From contig CADCQT010000027.1 in NCBI GenBank assembly GCA_902803645.1, positions 1 through 39,569 of the forward strand: a stretch of 39,569 nt of DNA. Direction: 5' to 3'. Positions 8,432-17,365 of this stretch are shown here, one piece after another. Within the stretch, counting starts at the first letter, position 1. Each line of letters begins with the position of its first letter. Made by a program: the position numbers and the translations under genes. The DNA is from an uncultured Lachnospiraceae bacterium. GTDB taxonomy: Bacteria; Bacillota; Clostridia; Lachnospirales; Lachnospiraceae. The notes under the pieces were generated by a model. It searched no databases. It worked only from the letters and a program-made list of their open reading frames with translations, and was not told the DNA's origin.

Positions 8432-10123
8432 TTACGCCCTCACATCAAAGGAGTAGCGGAGCATCTCTCCGCCTGACACATTCCCCTTTGGCACATCCTG
8501 CTTCAAAAAGTCATCCACAAAGTTGACCTTCCTGCCTTCTCCGGTCACCTGGATCTGGCAGTTATATCCCAGTTCCTCCAGCTTCTCCTGAAGAAGATGG
8601 ATATTATCCTCGATAAGCTGGAAGGACACATCATCCTCCATAGAAAACTTTGTATCCACATTCCGGTTCTTCATCTTAATGGAGATATCCGTAGATCCCA
8701 GATGTTCCAGATCAAAATGAAGAAAAGCAGACAGCTCCCCGTCCTCCTCTTCGGCAGATCTCTTTTTATTGCGGTAGACATAGAGATCGCCTGTGGCATT
8801 CTGCCCGGAGAGCTTAAGTGGAAGCTGAATATAGGTGTACATCTGATTCACTTCCCGGATAAATTCCAGATTGTTCTGAACCTGGGAAGTGGCATTTTGC
8901 ACCGTCTGGGCGGCAACCGGAGTATTCTGGGCAACCTTGGCACTGATGCTTTCCATGTCAGAGGCAATCTGACGGTAGAGCTTATCCACACTGCCCTTTT
9001 CCAAAAGTTCCTTGGGCTCTATGGAATACTTCTCCTCCAAACCGGCTGCAAGCAGCTCCTTAAGCCCCCGGCCTGACAGCTTCTCAGAAAGTTCCTCGCC
9101 CCCGGTTCCGGATAAATGCTCCTTAAGAGCAAGAAGTACGTCCTTTACCGAAGCATCCAGCCTTAAGTTCTTATTCTCAAACAGGCCGGGATATTTCGCC
9201 ATAAGGGAGGAATCATTTTGAAAAATCCTGTTAAGATCTGCCATCCCCTGGGAAGAAATTGCCCTTCCCAGGCTTCCTAAGGGAAGATCCAAAACCTCCT
9301 CTCCCCTTAAGGGGGATTCTGCTCCTATTAGGATGCCTCCCTTATCCTCTGCCTCCGCATAGGAAGGCATCTGCTCCTGTTCCAAGGCCTCAGCCTCGGT
9401 GTAGACGGAGTGAAGCCGCTCCTCGGCCAATGCCTCGGCTGTAACATGTTCCCCCGGGAAAAGGGTATCCACTACAGAGGAAAAAACCAATCCTCCTCCC
9501 TGCTTCATCCCTTCTGTTACAGAATCCGCAAGTCCCTGAAGATCCCGAAAGATGGCACCTTCATTGACCTTATAATTCTCATATACCTTAAGAAGTTCAT
9601 CTGTCACCGGCATCCCAAGGCTACTTAGCATAACCACAGAAGAAGCCTTTGCATCGGGATGAAGGGCCACCTGGCGGGCCATTTCCGACAGGGAATGGCT
9701 ATCAATGGGCATCTTGTTCTTCATCATCTCATCCACCATTTCCAGGGTAGCCGAAGTCATAGGTACCTGGGCCTGGGAGAGGGCATTTTGAATGGTGGGA
9801 TTCCCTGCTGCCCCTCCCACCGATACCGGCCGGATGGCAATGGTATTCCCGTCATTGCTCTTCACCTGGAAAAACACAGACTGACCCTGGGATAAGTTCA
9901 TACCCTTATCCAGACGGGCGGTGATATTCTGTCCGGAGGAAAGCCCCAGGATTACCTGGCTTCCCTTTACAGAATTCACCGTTCCTTCAAAGATCTGCCC
10001 TGCCTCTAATCCGGCCAGAGTCTTCACCAGCTGCTCCACTCCCTTTGTAGCGGCAGCGGACTGTCCTCCCTTTGCCAGAGCATTTTGATATAGTGTCAGT
10101 AAATCGCGGATCTCCACAGTCAT
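8432..10123 (-). CDS. FliK-like (hook-length control C-terminal domain) protein, YlqG position
   Basis: C-terminal YIQLPL..LHFDLEHLG..LQEKLEELGY..FDVRA; start trimmed to ATG at 10123 after GGAGGG; paired with the FlhB_C gene. Confidence 0.72.
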   Translation of the reverse strand: MTVEIRDLLTLYQNALAKGGQSAAATKGVEQLVKTLAGLEAGQIFEGTVNSVKGSQVILGLSSGQNITARLDKGMNLSQGQSVFFQVKSNDGNTIAIRPVSVGGAAGNPTIQNALSQAQVPMTSATLEMVDEMMKNKMPIDSHSLSEMARQVALHPDAKASSVVMLSSLGMPVTDELLKVYENYKVNEGAIFRDLQGLADSVTEGMKQGGGLVFSSVVDTLFPGEHVTAEALAEERLHSVYTEAEALEQEQMPSYAEAEDKGGILIGAESPLRGEEVLDLPLGSLGRAISSQGMADLNRIFQNDSSLMAKYPGLFENKNLRLDASVKDVLLALKEHLSGTGGEELSEKLSGRGLKELLAAGLEEKYSIEPKELLEKGSVDKLYRQIASDMESISAKVAQNTPVAAQTVQNATSQVQNNLEFIREVNQMYTYIQLPLKLSGQNATGDLYVYRNKKRSAEEEDGELSAFLHFDLEHLGSTDISIKMKNRNVDTKFSMEDDVSFQLIEDNIHLLQEKLEELGYNCQIQVTGEGRKVNFVDDFLKQDVPKGNVSGGEMLRYSFDVRA

Positions 10124-10143
10124 CCCTCCCCCATCTGCCAGAT

Positions 10144-10920
10144 CTACCAGTCCAGCAGCTCTTCGGCTCTCGGAAGGCACAGGTCGTTATATTTCACCTG
10201 AAGGCGTCCCTCATCGATCCTCTTCTGCAGGAATGTCCTGCGATGAAGAGACAGGATACCGTATGTCTCGATAGCCTCATAATGTGCCTTGGTTCCGTAT
10301 CCGGCATGCTTTGCAAATCCATATTCCGGAACCAGTCTGTCATAACTTTCCATAATATGATCCCTGGTGACCTTCGCCAGAATGGAAGCAGCGCCAATGG
10401 ACGCGCTTTTAGCATCTCCCTTGATAATGGAGATCTGCTTCATATCCTCTTCCGGAATGGTCACGGCATCGTTAAGGAGAAGATCCGGCTCTACTCCAAG
10501 ACCTGCAATAGCACGCTGCATGGCAAGATAATCTGCCTCCAATACATTCACCTCGTCGATCTCCTCCACCGTCGCAAGCCCTACATTGCAATAGAGTGCC
10601 TTCTCTCTTATGGTCTGATAAAGCTCTTCTCTTTTCTTTTTCGACAGTTTCTTGGAATCGTTGATATATAGAATGTCACAATCTTCAGGAAAAATCACAG
10701 CTCCTGCCACTACAGGTCCTGCCAGAGGTCCTCTTCCGGCCTCATCCACTCCGCAGATCAGTCGGTAGCCTTCCTTCCTGTAGGTTCTTTCCATTTCAAA
10801 AAGAGCATACATTCTTTTCTGTTCTTCTATCCGTGCCTGTTTTTTCTTTTCTTCCCGCAGGATGTAGGCCTCATAAGCCTTGGTTCCTTCACGGGGGATT
10901 TTCTTTTCTGCCATAGTCAT
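10144..10920 (-). CDS. rnhB: Ribonuclease HII
   Basis: GVDEAGRGPLAGPV, DSKKL, KGDA..AASILAKVTRD and HRRTF motifs. Confidence 0.96.
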   Translation of the reverse strand: MTMAEKKIPREGTKAYEAYILREEKKKQARIEEQKRMYALFEMERTYRKEGYRLICGVDEAGRGPLAGPVVAGAVIFPEDCDILYINDSKKLSKKKREELYQTIREKALYCNVGLATVEEIDEVNVLEADYLAMQRAIAGLGVEPDLLLNDAVTIPEEDMKQISIIKGDAKSASIGAASILAKVTRDHIMESYDRLVPEYGFAKHAGYGTKAHYEAIETYGILSLHRRTFLQKRIDEGRLQVKYNDLCLPRAEELLDW

Positions 10921-11487
10921 CTATCTGATCCTGCCCATTCTCTGAAAGGGGTAAAAGCGAAACAGCGCTCGTCCTATGATCTGGCTTCGCCTGATATTTC
11001 CCACATCAAAAAAACGGCTGTCTTCACTGCTGTTACGATTATCTCCAAGGACGAAATATTCATCCTTCCCCAGATAAACCTTCGCCTCGGCCACCCCCGG
11101 ATCCCGGATGGGAGCAAGGCCAAAGTCCTCCTTCAACTGCTTTCCGTTGATCATGATCTTCCCCTCTTCTGTGATCTGAACCGTCTCGCCGGGAAGTCCG
11201 ATAATCCGCTTGATATAATAGGTATTCTTCTTATACAGATACGGAAAAATAACCACATCATACCGACTGGGATCCGAAAATCGATAGGTGATCTTATCCA
11301 CCACCAGATTATCTCCATCGGAAAGGGTCTTCTCCATGGAATGGCCGGATACTACAGAACGGGAGACTACAAAGTGTACAAGGGAATAGGCCACGACCAT
11401 AACAATAACAAGGTACACAGTGAAACGGATCAGGTCCTTCTTATCCCTTGATCCGTCTCTGGTGGGACATTTCTTCAGCTTGGACAT
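10921..11487 (-). CDS. lepB: Signal peptidase I (paralog 1)
   Basis: One TM segment, SGHSMEKTL (Ser), IKRIIG (Lys), GDNRNSSEDSR. Confidence 0.93.
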   Translation of the reverse strand: MSKLKKCPTRDGSRDKKDLIRFTVYLVIVMVVAYSLVHFVVSRSVVSGHSMEKTLSDGDNLVVDKITYRFSDPSRYDVVIFPYLYKKNTYYIKRIIGLPGETVQITEEGKIMINGKQLKEDFGLAPIRDPGVAEAKVYLGKDEYFVLGDNRNSSEDSRFFDVGNIRRSQIIGRALFRFYPFQRMGRIR

Positions 11488-12326
11488 GAAATACCCTCCA
11501 GGGTAATCCTTCCCAGACGCCCGCTTCTGTAATCATCAATCAAAAGTCTTGCAGCTCTTGCCTCATCCGGCTCTGCTCCCGCCTTCAAAAGGTTACGACT
11601 CTTCGCTAAAGCAGATAAGACCACCCGGTCCTCAAGATCCTCCGGGATCTCATAAAACTCGCCGATCCTTCCCGGAACAAGTTTTGGAAGCATGTGATAC
11701 ATAAGGATGGCAAGTTCCTCCTGCTGCACCACATCATCACTGATGGCTCCCACAAAGGCCAGGGATTCTCCCACTGCCTCATCCTCGAACTTGGGCCACA
11801 GAATTCCCGGTGTATCCAAAAGATCCAGATGCTTACCGATATGGATCCACTGCTTACCCTTGGTCACTCCCGGCTTATTCCCGGTCTTGGCACTCTTTCT
11901 GCCTGCAAGGGAATTAATGAGGGTGGACTTACCGATATTGGGGATTCCAACGATCAAAGCCCGCACCGGACGGTTCTTGATTCCCCGGCGCAGATCTCTC
12001 TCTCTCTTCTCCTTCGTTGCCTCAAGGACAGCATTGGACACTTCCTTTGCAGCCTTTTTCTGGCGGCTATCCAGCGCCAGAGAGAGGACTCCCTCTGCCT
12101 TTAACTTTTCCTGCCACTCTGCTGTGATCTTCGGATCTGCAAGATCTGCCTTATTCAGGATCAGAAGGTGGCTCTTTCCGTTTGTCAGTTTCTTAATATC
12201 CGGATTCCTGCTGGATACCGGTATTCTGGCATCCGCCAGTTCAATCACAAGGTCAATCAACTTCAGATCCTCCTGGATCTGGCGAAGGGCCTTTGTCATA
12301 TGTCCTGGATACCACTGAATCTGCAT
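11475..12326 (-). CDS. rbgA: Ribosome biogenesis GTPase RbgA/YlqF
   Basis: QWYPGHM, NKAD, GIPNIGKS and DTPGILWPK circularly permuted GTPase motifs. Confidence 0.96.
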   Translation of the reverse strand: MQIQWYPGHMTKALRQIQEDLKLIDLVIELADARIPVSSRNPDIKKLTNGKSHLLILNKADLADPKITAEWQEKLKAEGVLSLALDSRQKKAAKEVSNAVLEATKEKRERDLRRGIKNRPVRALIVGIPNIGKSTLINSLAGRKSAKTGNKPGVTKGKQWIHIGKHLDLLDTPGILWPKFEDEAVGESLAFVGAISDDVVQQEELAILMYHMLPKLVPGRIGEFYEIPEDLEDRVVLSALAKSRNLLKAGAEPDEARAARLLIDDYRSGRLGRITLEGISCPS

Positions 12327-12343
12327 AATTATCTCCTGTTATC

Positions 12344-12973
12344 TTAATCTACAAGACCAAAGTTGGACATGGTAACATTCATCCAGACCTTGCCCTCGAT
12401 CTCACCCTTAGTTACATTACCGATGGTAGAATACCGGCTGTCCTCACTGCTGTTGCGATCATCTCCAAGGAGGAAATACTCATCCTTCCCCAGTTTGATT
12501 TCTTCCTCTGCAAGTCCGGCATGGGAAATGGTGGTGGTATCTGCCGTCGTCATAAAAGCCTTGTTATCCACATATACGGTGCCGCTGCGAATCACAACGG
12601 TCTGTCCCGGTACAGCAATTACCCGCTTGATGGAATACTGTGCATTCAGATTGCCGGCGGGGAGAAAAGCCACCACATCATTGGGCTTGGGAGAGGATAT
12701 CTTATAGGCCAGTCGGTCTAGCAGCACCTGATCTCCTACCCGTACCGTGGGTTCCATGGATTCCTCTGTCACCGTTGTCCGTATTCCAAAGGCCTGAATT
12801 AATAGAAATGCCAACAGGATCACTGCCCCTGCCTCCACTGCAAATAGCATGACCTTTCCTAAACGTGCTACGTTAAACTTCTTCCTTCGTCTGCGGAAGG
12901 TAAGATGGGCATCCGGCTTCGGCCGATGCATCATAGGTCTTCTGTTTGGAATCGTACGTGTCATGCGTGCCAT
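12344..12973 (-). CDS. lepB: Signal peptidase I (paralog 2)
   Basis: Basic N-tail plus TM segment, ESMEPT, IKRVIA, GDDRNSSEDSR; ATG at 12973 after an AAGGAG RBS. Confidence 0.9.
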   Translation of the reverse strand: MARMTRTIPNRRPMMHRPKPDAHLTFRRRRKKFNVARLGKVMLFAVEAGAVILLAFLLIQAFGIRTTVTEESMEPTVRVGDQVLLDRLAYKISSPKPNDVVAFLPAGNLNAQYSIKRVIAVPGQTVVIRSGTVYVDNKAFMTTADTTTISHAGLAEEEIKLGKDEYFLLGDDRNSSEDSRYSTIGNVTKGEIEGKVWMNVTMSNFGLVD

Positions 12974-13021
12974 ATTATCTCCTTTAATACCACAAAAATC
13001 CAATATCCATGATACACGAAA

Positions 13022-13054
13022 AGAAAAAAAAGGACAACCCGACGGGTTGCCCTT
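13022..13054 (-). terminator. Intrinsic terminator after rplS
   Basis: AAGGGCAACCC-GTC-GGGTTGTCCTT followed by a long T run. Confidence 0.85.
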
Positions 13055-13089
13055 CCTTAAGTAAAGCAAATCTGAAATATCCGCTAGGA

Positions 13090-13440
13090 TTAGATGAACT
13101 CCTTAACCTTAGCTGCCTTACCTACGCGACCACGAAGGTAGTTAAGCTTAGCACGGCGAACCTTACCCTTACGAACAACCTCAACAGATACAACGTTAGG
13201 GCTGTGGATCGGGAAAGTCTTCTCTACGCCAACACCGCTAGAGATCTTACGAACTGTGAAAGTAGCACGGTTGCTTCCACCCTGCTGCTTGATTACTGTT
13301 CCCTCGAAGATCTGGATACGCTCACGGTTACCCTCTTTGATCTTGTTGGATACACGAACAGTATCACCTGTGTTGAACTGTGGGAGCTCAGCCTTCTTCT
13401 GCTCGTTCTCGATTTTGCTGATAATTTCATTTGCGTTCAT
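13090..13440 (-). CDS. rplS: 50S ribosomal protein L19
   Basis: [20 protein letters not shown] and [11 protein letters not shown] motifs. Confidence 0.99.
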   Translation of the reverse strand: MNANEIISKIENEQKKAELPQFNTGDTVRVSNKIKEGNRERIQIFEGTVIKQQGGSNRATFTVRKISSGVGVEKTFPIHSPNVVSVEVVRKGKVRRAKLNYLRGRVGKAAKVKEFI

Positions 13441-13466
13441 ATTAGAACCTCCTACTTGTGCATTTT

Positions 13467-13505
13467 GATGTTCTTAAAGCCACCCTTTGGCTCCAGCGGA
13501 CCATC
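13467..13505 (-). promoter_or_regulatory. L19 ribosomal protein leader RNA
   Basis: GATG-GTCCGCT-GGAGCCA-aaggg-TGGCTTT-AAGAA-CATC hairpin with internal loop, between the promoter and the rplS RBS; resembles the Firmicutes L19 leader. Confidence 0.75.
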
Positions 13506-13526
13506 GCGATTAACAACAACCATGTT

Positions 13527-13555
13527 AGTTTATCATAATTAGCTTTGTAAAGCAA
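13527..13555 (-). promoter_or_regulatory. Sigma-A promoter of rplS
   Basis: TTGCTT-17 bp-TAAACT with extended TG. Confidence 0.65.
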
Positions 13556-13558
13556 GGA

Positions 13559-14299
13559 CTATTCTCCAAGAAGCTTTCTTCTGAGACGATTGGACAGTCG
13601 TTCTCTTAACTTTGGCTTTGCCTTCTCCCACAGATCCGGCCGGACAGCCTTTGTCTTTTGAATCTGCTGTTCCAGGCGATACTCCTCGATCTTCCTGTGG
13701 TCTCCGGAGAGAAGAATCTGCGGCACTGCCTTATCCTTCCAGATCTCTGGCCTGGAATACTGGGGATACTCTAAGAGATCCTCTGCAAAGGTCTCTCCCA
13801 CTGCTGACTGATTATTGTGTAAAACCCCTGGCACCAGGCGGCTGATACAGTCCACAAAGACCATCGCCGGCAATTCTCCTCCCGTCAACACATAATCTCC
13901 AATGGAGATATAGTCCGTCACGATCTCTTCCAGGACCCGTTCATCAATGCCCTCATAATGACCACAGAGTAGAATCAGAGTATCCTCCCCTGCATAGTCA
14001 CCGGCCATAGACTGCTTTAAGGTCTTCCCCTGGGGCGTCATATAAATCACAGGACAATCGTGGCCTACTTCAGCCCGGATGGCCTGATAGCAATCATATA
14101 CCGGCTGTGCCTGCATCACCATACCGGCACCTCCTCCATAGGGATAATCATCCACCTTCTTATGCTTATCCGTGGTGTAATCCCGGATATTGACACACTT
14201 TAATTCCAAAAGCCCCTGCTCGATCGCCCGGCCAGTAATACTGTTCTTTAACCCCTGCTCCACCATTTCCGGGAACAGCGTCATAACATAGATCTTCAT
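13559..14299 (-). CDS. trmD: tRNA (guanine37-N1)-methyltransferase
   Basis: VDDYPYGGGAGM, CGHYEGIDER and SIGDYVLTGGE motifs. Confidence 0.98.
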   Translation of the reverse strand: MKIYVMTLFPEMVEQGLKNSITGRAIEQGLLELKCVNIRDYTTDKHKKVDDYPYGGGAGMVMQAQPVYDCYQAIRAEVGHDCPVIYMTPQGKTLKQSMAGDYAGEDTLILLCGHYEGIDERVLEEIVTDYISIGDYVLTGGELPAMVFVDCISRLVPGVLHNNQSAVGETFAEDLLEYPQYSRPEIWKDKAVPQILLSGDHRKIEEYRLEQQIQKTKAVRPDLWEKAKPKLRERLSNRLRRKLLGE

Positions 14300-14817
14300 T
14301 ACAGTTCCTCCAGCCCCGGAAGGAGATGGATCTTCATGGATTCCTTCTCTAGATCCACCCCGAGAATACAGCTCTTGATCGCCGGAATAAGGACCTTCTT
14401 CCCGTCATCTCTTGTGATCTCATAGACATCGTTGGCACCGGTGGCCAAAATATCGCTTACCTTTCCATAAGGACTTCCGTCCTCAAGCACCACGTTGATT
14501 CCAAGAATATCTCCAACGAAATACTCTCCTTCTCCAAGTTCCTCTGCCTCTTCTCTGGGAATCAGAAGAGATGCCTTCCGAAGAAGTGCCGCCTCATCCA
14601 TATCGTTGATCTCATCAAATCCCAGGATCACCTGCTTTTTAAAGAACTTGACGTTCCTAATATGAAGTTGACTCCTGCTGCCGTCCGGCTTCTCCATTGT
14701 CACCGTCTTCAGCCTTTTGAACCTGTGCATATCATCAGTGGTTGGGAACACCTTTACTTCTCCCCGTACACCGTGAGTGGTGGTGATCACTCCCACCTGT
14801 AAAAAATCAATTGCCAT
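14299..14817 (-). CDS. rimM: Ribosome maturation factor RimM
   Basis: VG.I..THGVRGEVKV and TGANDVY motifs; canonical position. Confidence 0.96.
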   Translation of the reverse strand: MAIDFLQVGVITTTHGVRGEVKVFPTTDDMHRFKRLKTVTMEKPDGSRSQLHIRNVKFFKKQVILGFDEINDMDEAALLRKASLLIPREEAEELGEGEYFVGDILGINVVLEDGSPYGKVSDILATGANDVYEITRDDGKKVLIPAIKSCILGVDLEKESMKIHLLPGLEEL

Positions 14818-14962
14818 AGAGCCACTCCTTTATTACATCAGTTCTCGCCCCTCCCGGAGCGTTTATCTCAGCCGGCAATCATACCCCCGACCGCGATAAA
14901 ATCCCGGTGGTTCACAATGGAACACGCCGGGATAAACTCGCATGATCAAGTCTCTTCTGAGA

Positions 14963-15193
14963 TCAATCTACGATATCAACAATAACTTTCTGTTCGGATT
15001 TATTAGCTGCAGCCTTAACAACAGAACGGATCGCTTTCGCAATACGGCCCTGCTTACCAATGACCTTTCCCATGTCATCGGAAGCAACATGAAGTTCAAG
15101 AACCAAAGCCCGCTCTTCCTGCTTCTCTGTAACTGTAACCTCTTCCGGATGATCCACCAAAGCTCTGGCGATCACTTCAACTAATTCTTTCAT
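14963..15193 (-). CDS. khpA: KH-domain RNA-binding protein KhpA
   Basis: MKELVEVIARALVD..DMGKVIGKQGR (GxxG loop); lies after rpsP. Confidence 0.95.
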   Translation of the reverse strand: MKELVEVIARALVDHPEEVTVTEKQEERALVLELHVASDDMGKVIGKQGRIAKAIRSVVKAAANKSEQKVIVDIVD

Positions 15194-15259
15194 AGACGTC
15201 CATCCTTTCCGATTAGACCCATATGAATCAGAGCCAAGACTCACTCAGCAGAAGTGTGA

Positions 15260-15502
15260 TTACTTCTGGATTCCAGCGTTCTTGAACAGACGTGCAACTG
15301 TATTTGTTGGAACTGCACCGTTTGCAAGCCACTTCTTAGCAAGCTCTTCGTCAACCTTTACCTCTGCAGGCTCAACGTTCGGGTTGTATGTACCAACCTG
15401 CTCGATGAAACGACCGTCACGTGGTGCGTTAGCATCAGCTGCAACGATACGATAGAAAGGTGCTCTCTTCTTACCCATTCTTGTTAATCTTAACTTTACC
15501 AT
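15260..15502 (-). CDS. rpsP: 30S ribosomal protein S16
   Basis: [27 protein letters not shown] motif. Confidence 0.99.
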   Translation of the reverse strand: MVKLRLTRMGKKRAPFYRIVAADANAPRDGRFIEQVGTYNPNVEPAEVKVDEELAKKWLANGAVPTNTVARLFKNAGIQK

Positions 15503-15570
15503 TAATGTTTCCTCCTAAGTTAAATAAAAAATATATGAAATAGGCTATGCTTGCCGTCTTTCCTGATTCA

Positions 15571-16938
15571 TTAGAAACCCAGTCCACCAAAGGGGAACCG
15601 GCCCTTCTTACCTCTGCCAAATCCCTTCATAAGACCCGGCATCTTCTTCATCATCTTCTGTGATTCATTAAACTGCTTCACAAAGCGATTGACCTCTGCA
15701 ATATCCAGGCCGCAGCCCCTTGCGATCCGGTTCTTACGGCTGACAGACATAAGCTTTGGATTCTCACGCTCCTGAGGTGTCATGGACTTGATGATAGCCT
15801 CGATATGTGCCAGTTTCTTCTCATCCATGGCATTATTAAGCTCATCCATCTGTCCTGCGGAAAGTCCCATTCCCGGCATCATGCCAAGGATTCCGGAAAG
15901 TCCTCCCAATTTCTTCATCTGTGCCATAGAGGTCAGATAGTCATTATAGTCAAAAGATGCCTTCTTGATCTTCTCATTCAGGTTCTTCGCCTGCTCTTCA
16001 TCAAAGGTATCCTGAGCCTTCTCAATAAGAGTGAGCATATCACCCATTCCAAGAATACGGCTGGCCATTCGATCCGGATGAAACTGTTCCAAATCGGAAA
16101 GCTTCTCTCCCATACCACAATACAGAATGGGGCAACCGGTAACAGCACGAATGGAAAGGGCCGCACCACCACGGGTATCACCGTCCAGCTTGGTGAGAAC
16201 TACGCCGTCCACGCCTACCTTCTCCTTGAAGGTGGAGGCTACATTTACCGCATCCTGTCCGGTCATGGCATCCACCACCAGAAGGGTCTGATGAACCTCT
16301 ACCCCAGCCTTGATATTCTCAAGCTCTGCCATCATATCCTCATCCACATGAAGACGACCTGCGGTATCTAAGATCACCACGTTGTTCTTATTCACCTTCG
16401 CATGCTCAACCGCTGCTCTTGCAATGTCCACAGGGGACTTACCGGTTCCCATAGAAAACACCGGAACACCCTGCTTCTCTCCGTTGACCTTCAACTGTTC
16501 GATGGCCGCCGGACGATAGATATCACAGGCTACCAGAAGAGGGTTCTTACCCTTTTTCTTCATCTTGCCTGCCAGCTTGGCTGTGGTCGTGGTCTTACCT
16601 GCACCCTGAAGTCCTACCATCATGATCACCGTCATGGCCTGTCCCGGCTGGTAGGCAATCTCTGTCATATCAGAACCCATCAGAGCGGTAAGCTCTTCGT
16701 TTACGATCTTGATGACCGTCTGTGCCGGATTCAACCCTCCAAGAACATCGCTTCCTACACAGCGCTCCTTCAGCTTCTTATTGAAGTCCTTGACTACCTT
16801 GAAGTTAACGTCCGCCTCTAAAAGTGCCATTCGCACTTCCTTAAGAGCTGCATTTACATCGTCCTCTGAGAGACGTCCCTTACCCCGAAGGTTCTTAAAT
16901 ACGTTTTGAAGTTTATCGGATAAGCTGTCAAATGCCAT
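15571..16938 (-). CDS. ffh: Signal recognition particle protein Ffh
   Basis: GLQGAGKTT, DTAGR, TKLDG and Met-rich M domain. Confidence 0.99.
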   Translation of the reverse strand: MAFDSLSDKLQNVFKNLRGKGRLSEDDVNAALKEVRMALLEADVNFKVVKDFNKKLKERCVGSDVLGGLNPAQTVIKIVNEELTALMGSDMTEIAYQPGQAMTVIMMVGLQGAGKTTTTAKLAGKMKKKGKNPLLVACDIYRPAAIEQLKVNGEKQGVPVFSMGTGKSPVDIARAAVEHAKVNKNNVVILDTAGRLHVDEDMMAELENIKAGVEVHQTLLVVDAMTGQDAVNVASTFKEKVGVDGVVLTKLDGDTRGGAALSIRAVTGCPILYCGMGEKLSDLEQFHPDRMASRILGMGDMLTLIEKAQDTFDEEQAKNLNEKIKKASFDYNDYLTSMAQMKKLGGLSGILGMMPGMGLSAGQMDELNNAMDEKKLAHIEAIIKSMTPQERENPKLMSVSRKNRIARGCGLDIAEVNRFVKQFNESQKMMKKMPGLMKGFGRGKKGRFPFGGLGF

Positions 16939-16964
16939 AGCTTCCTCTTCTATTCTAAGTCCAA

Positions 16965-17279
16965 TTACAACTGTGCAAGGATCTGCTTCGCAAGCTCATG
17001 GGCAACATCCATATCCCTTGTCTTCTGAATATCCTCTGCTGCCTGACGGATCCTGGGGAACTTCTCTAACAGATGAAGAGCACTCTCATACTCCTCCAAT
17101 GTCTTCGAGCATCGACGGATCTGATCCGAAACGCCCTGTCTGCTCATCCCCACCTCTTCAGCGATCTCGCTAAGAGACAGATCTTCGTATGCATATTCCT
17201 TATATATTTCCTGCTGATGCTCCTTCAACAAATCTCCGTAGAAATCATATAAAAGGCCGCGACGTATCTTCTCATCCAT
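16965..17279 (-). CDS. ylxM: YlxM family HTH protein (SRP accessory)
   Basis: LLYDFYGDLL..DLSLSEIAE..SRQGV; immediately upstream of ffh. Confidence 0.93.
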   Translation of the reverse strand: MDEKIRRGLLYDFYGDLLKEHQQEIYKEYAYEDLSLSEIAEEVGMSRQGVSDQIRRCSKTLEEYESALHLLEKFPRIRQAAEDIQKTRDMDVAHELAKQILAQL

Positions 17280-17295
17280 TTCATTCACCTGTACG

Positions 17296-17324
17296 AGTAT
17301 AATCCATGGAAAGACGGGTGTCAA
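17296..17324 (-). promoter_or_regulatory. Sigma-A promoter of ylxM-ffh
   Basis: TTGACA-17 bp-TATACT. Confidence 0.8.
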
Positions 17325-17345
17325 GTTTTTTTCTTTACACCCGTC
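17310..17345 (-). terminator. Hairpin after the J-domain gene, overlapping the ylxM -35 element
   Basis: GACGGGTGT...ACACCCGTC inverted repeat followed by TTT on the minus strand. Confidence 0.55.
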
Positions 17346-17365
17346 ATAAAATATTTATATTCTGT

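Noticed and set aside
14818-14962. Hammerhead ribozyme or SRP RNA in the khpA-rimM spacer
   Set aside because: No CUGANGA/GAAA core in the correct arrangement and no SRP helix-8 motif
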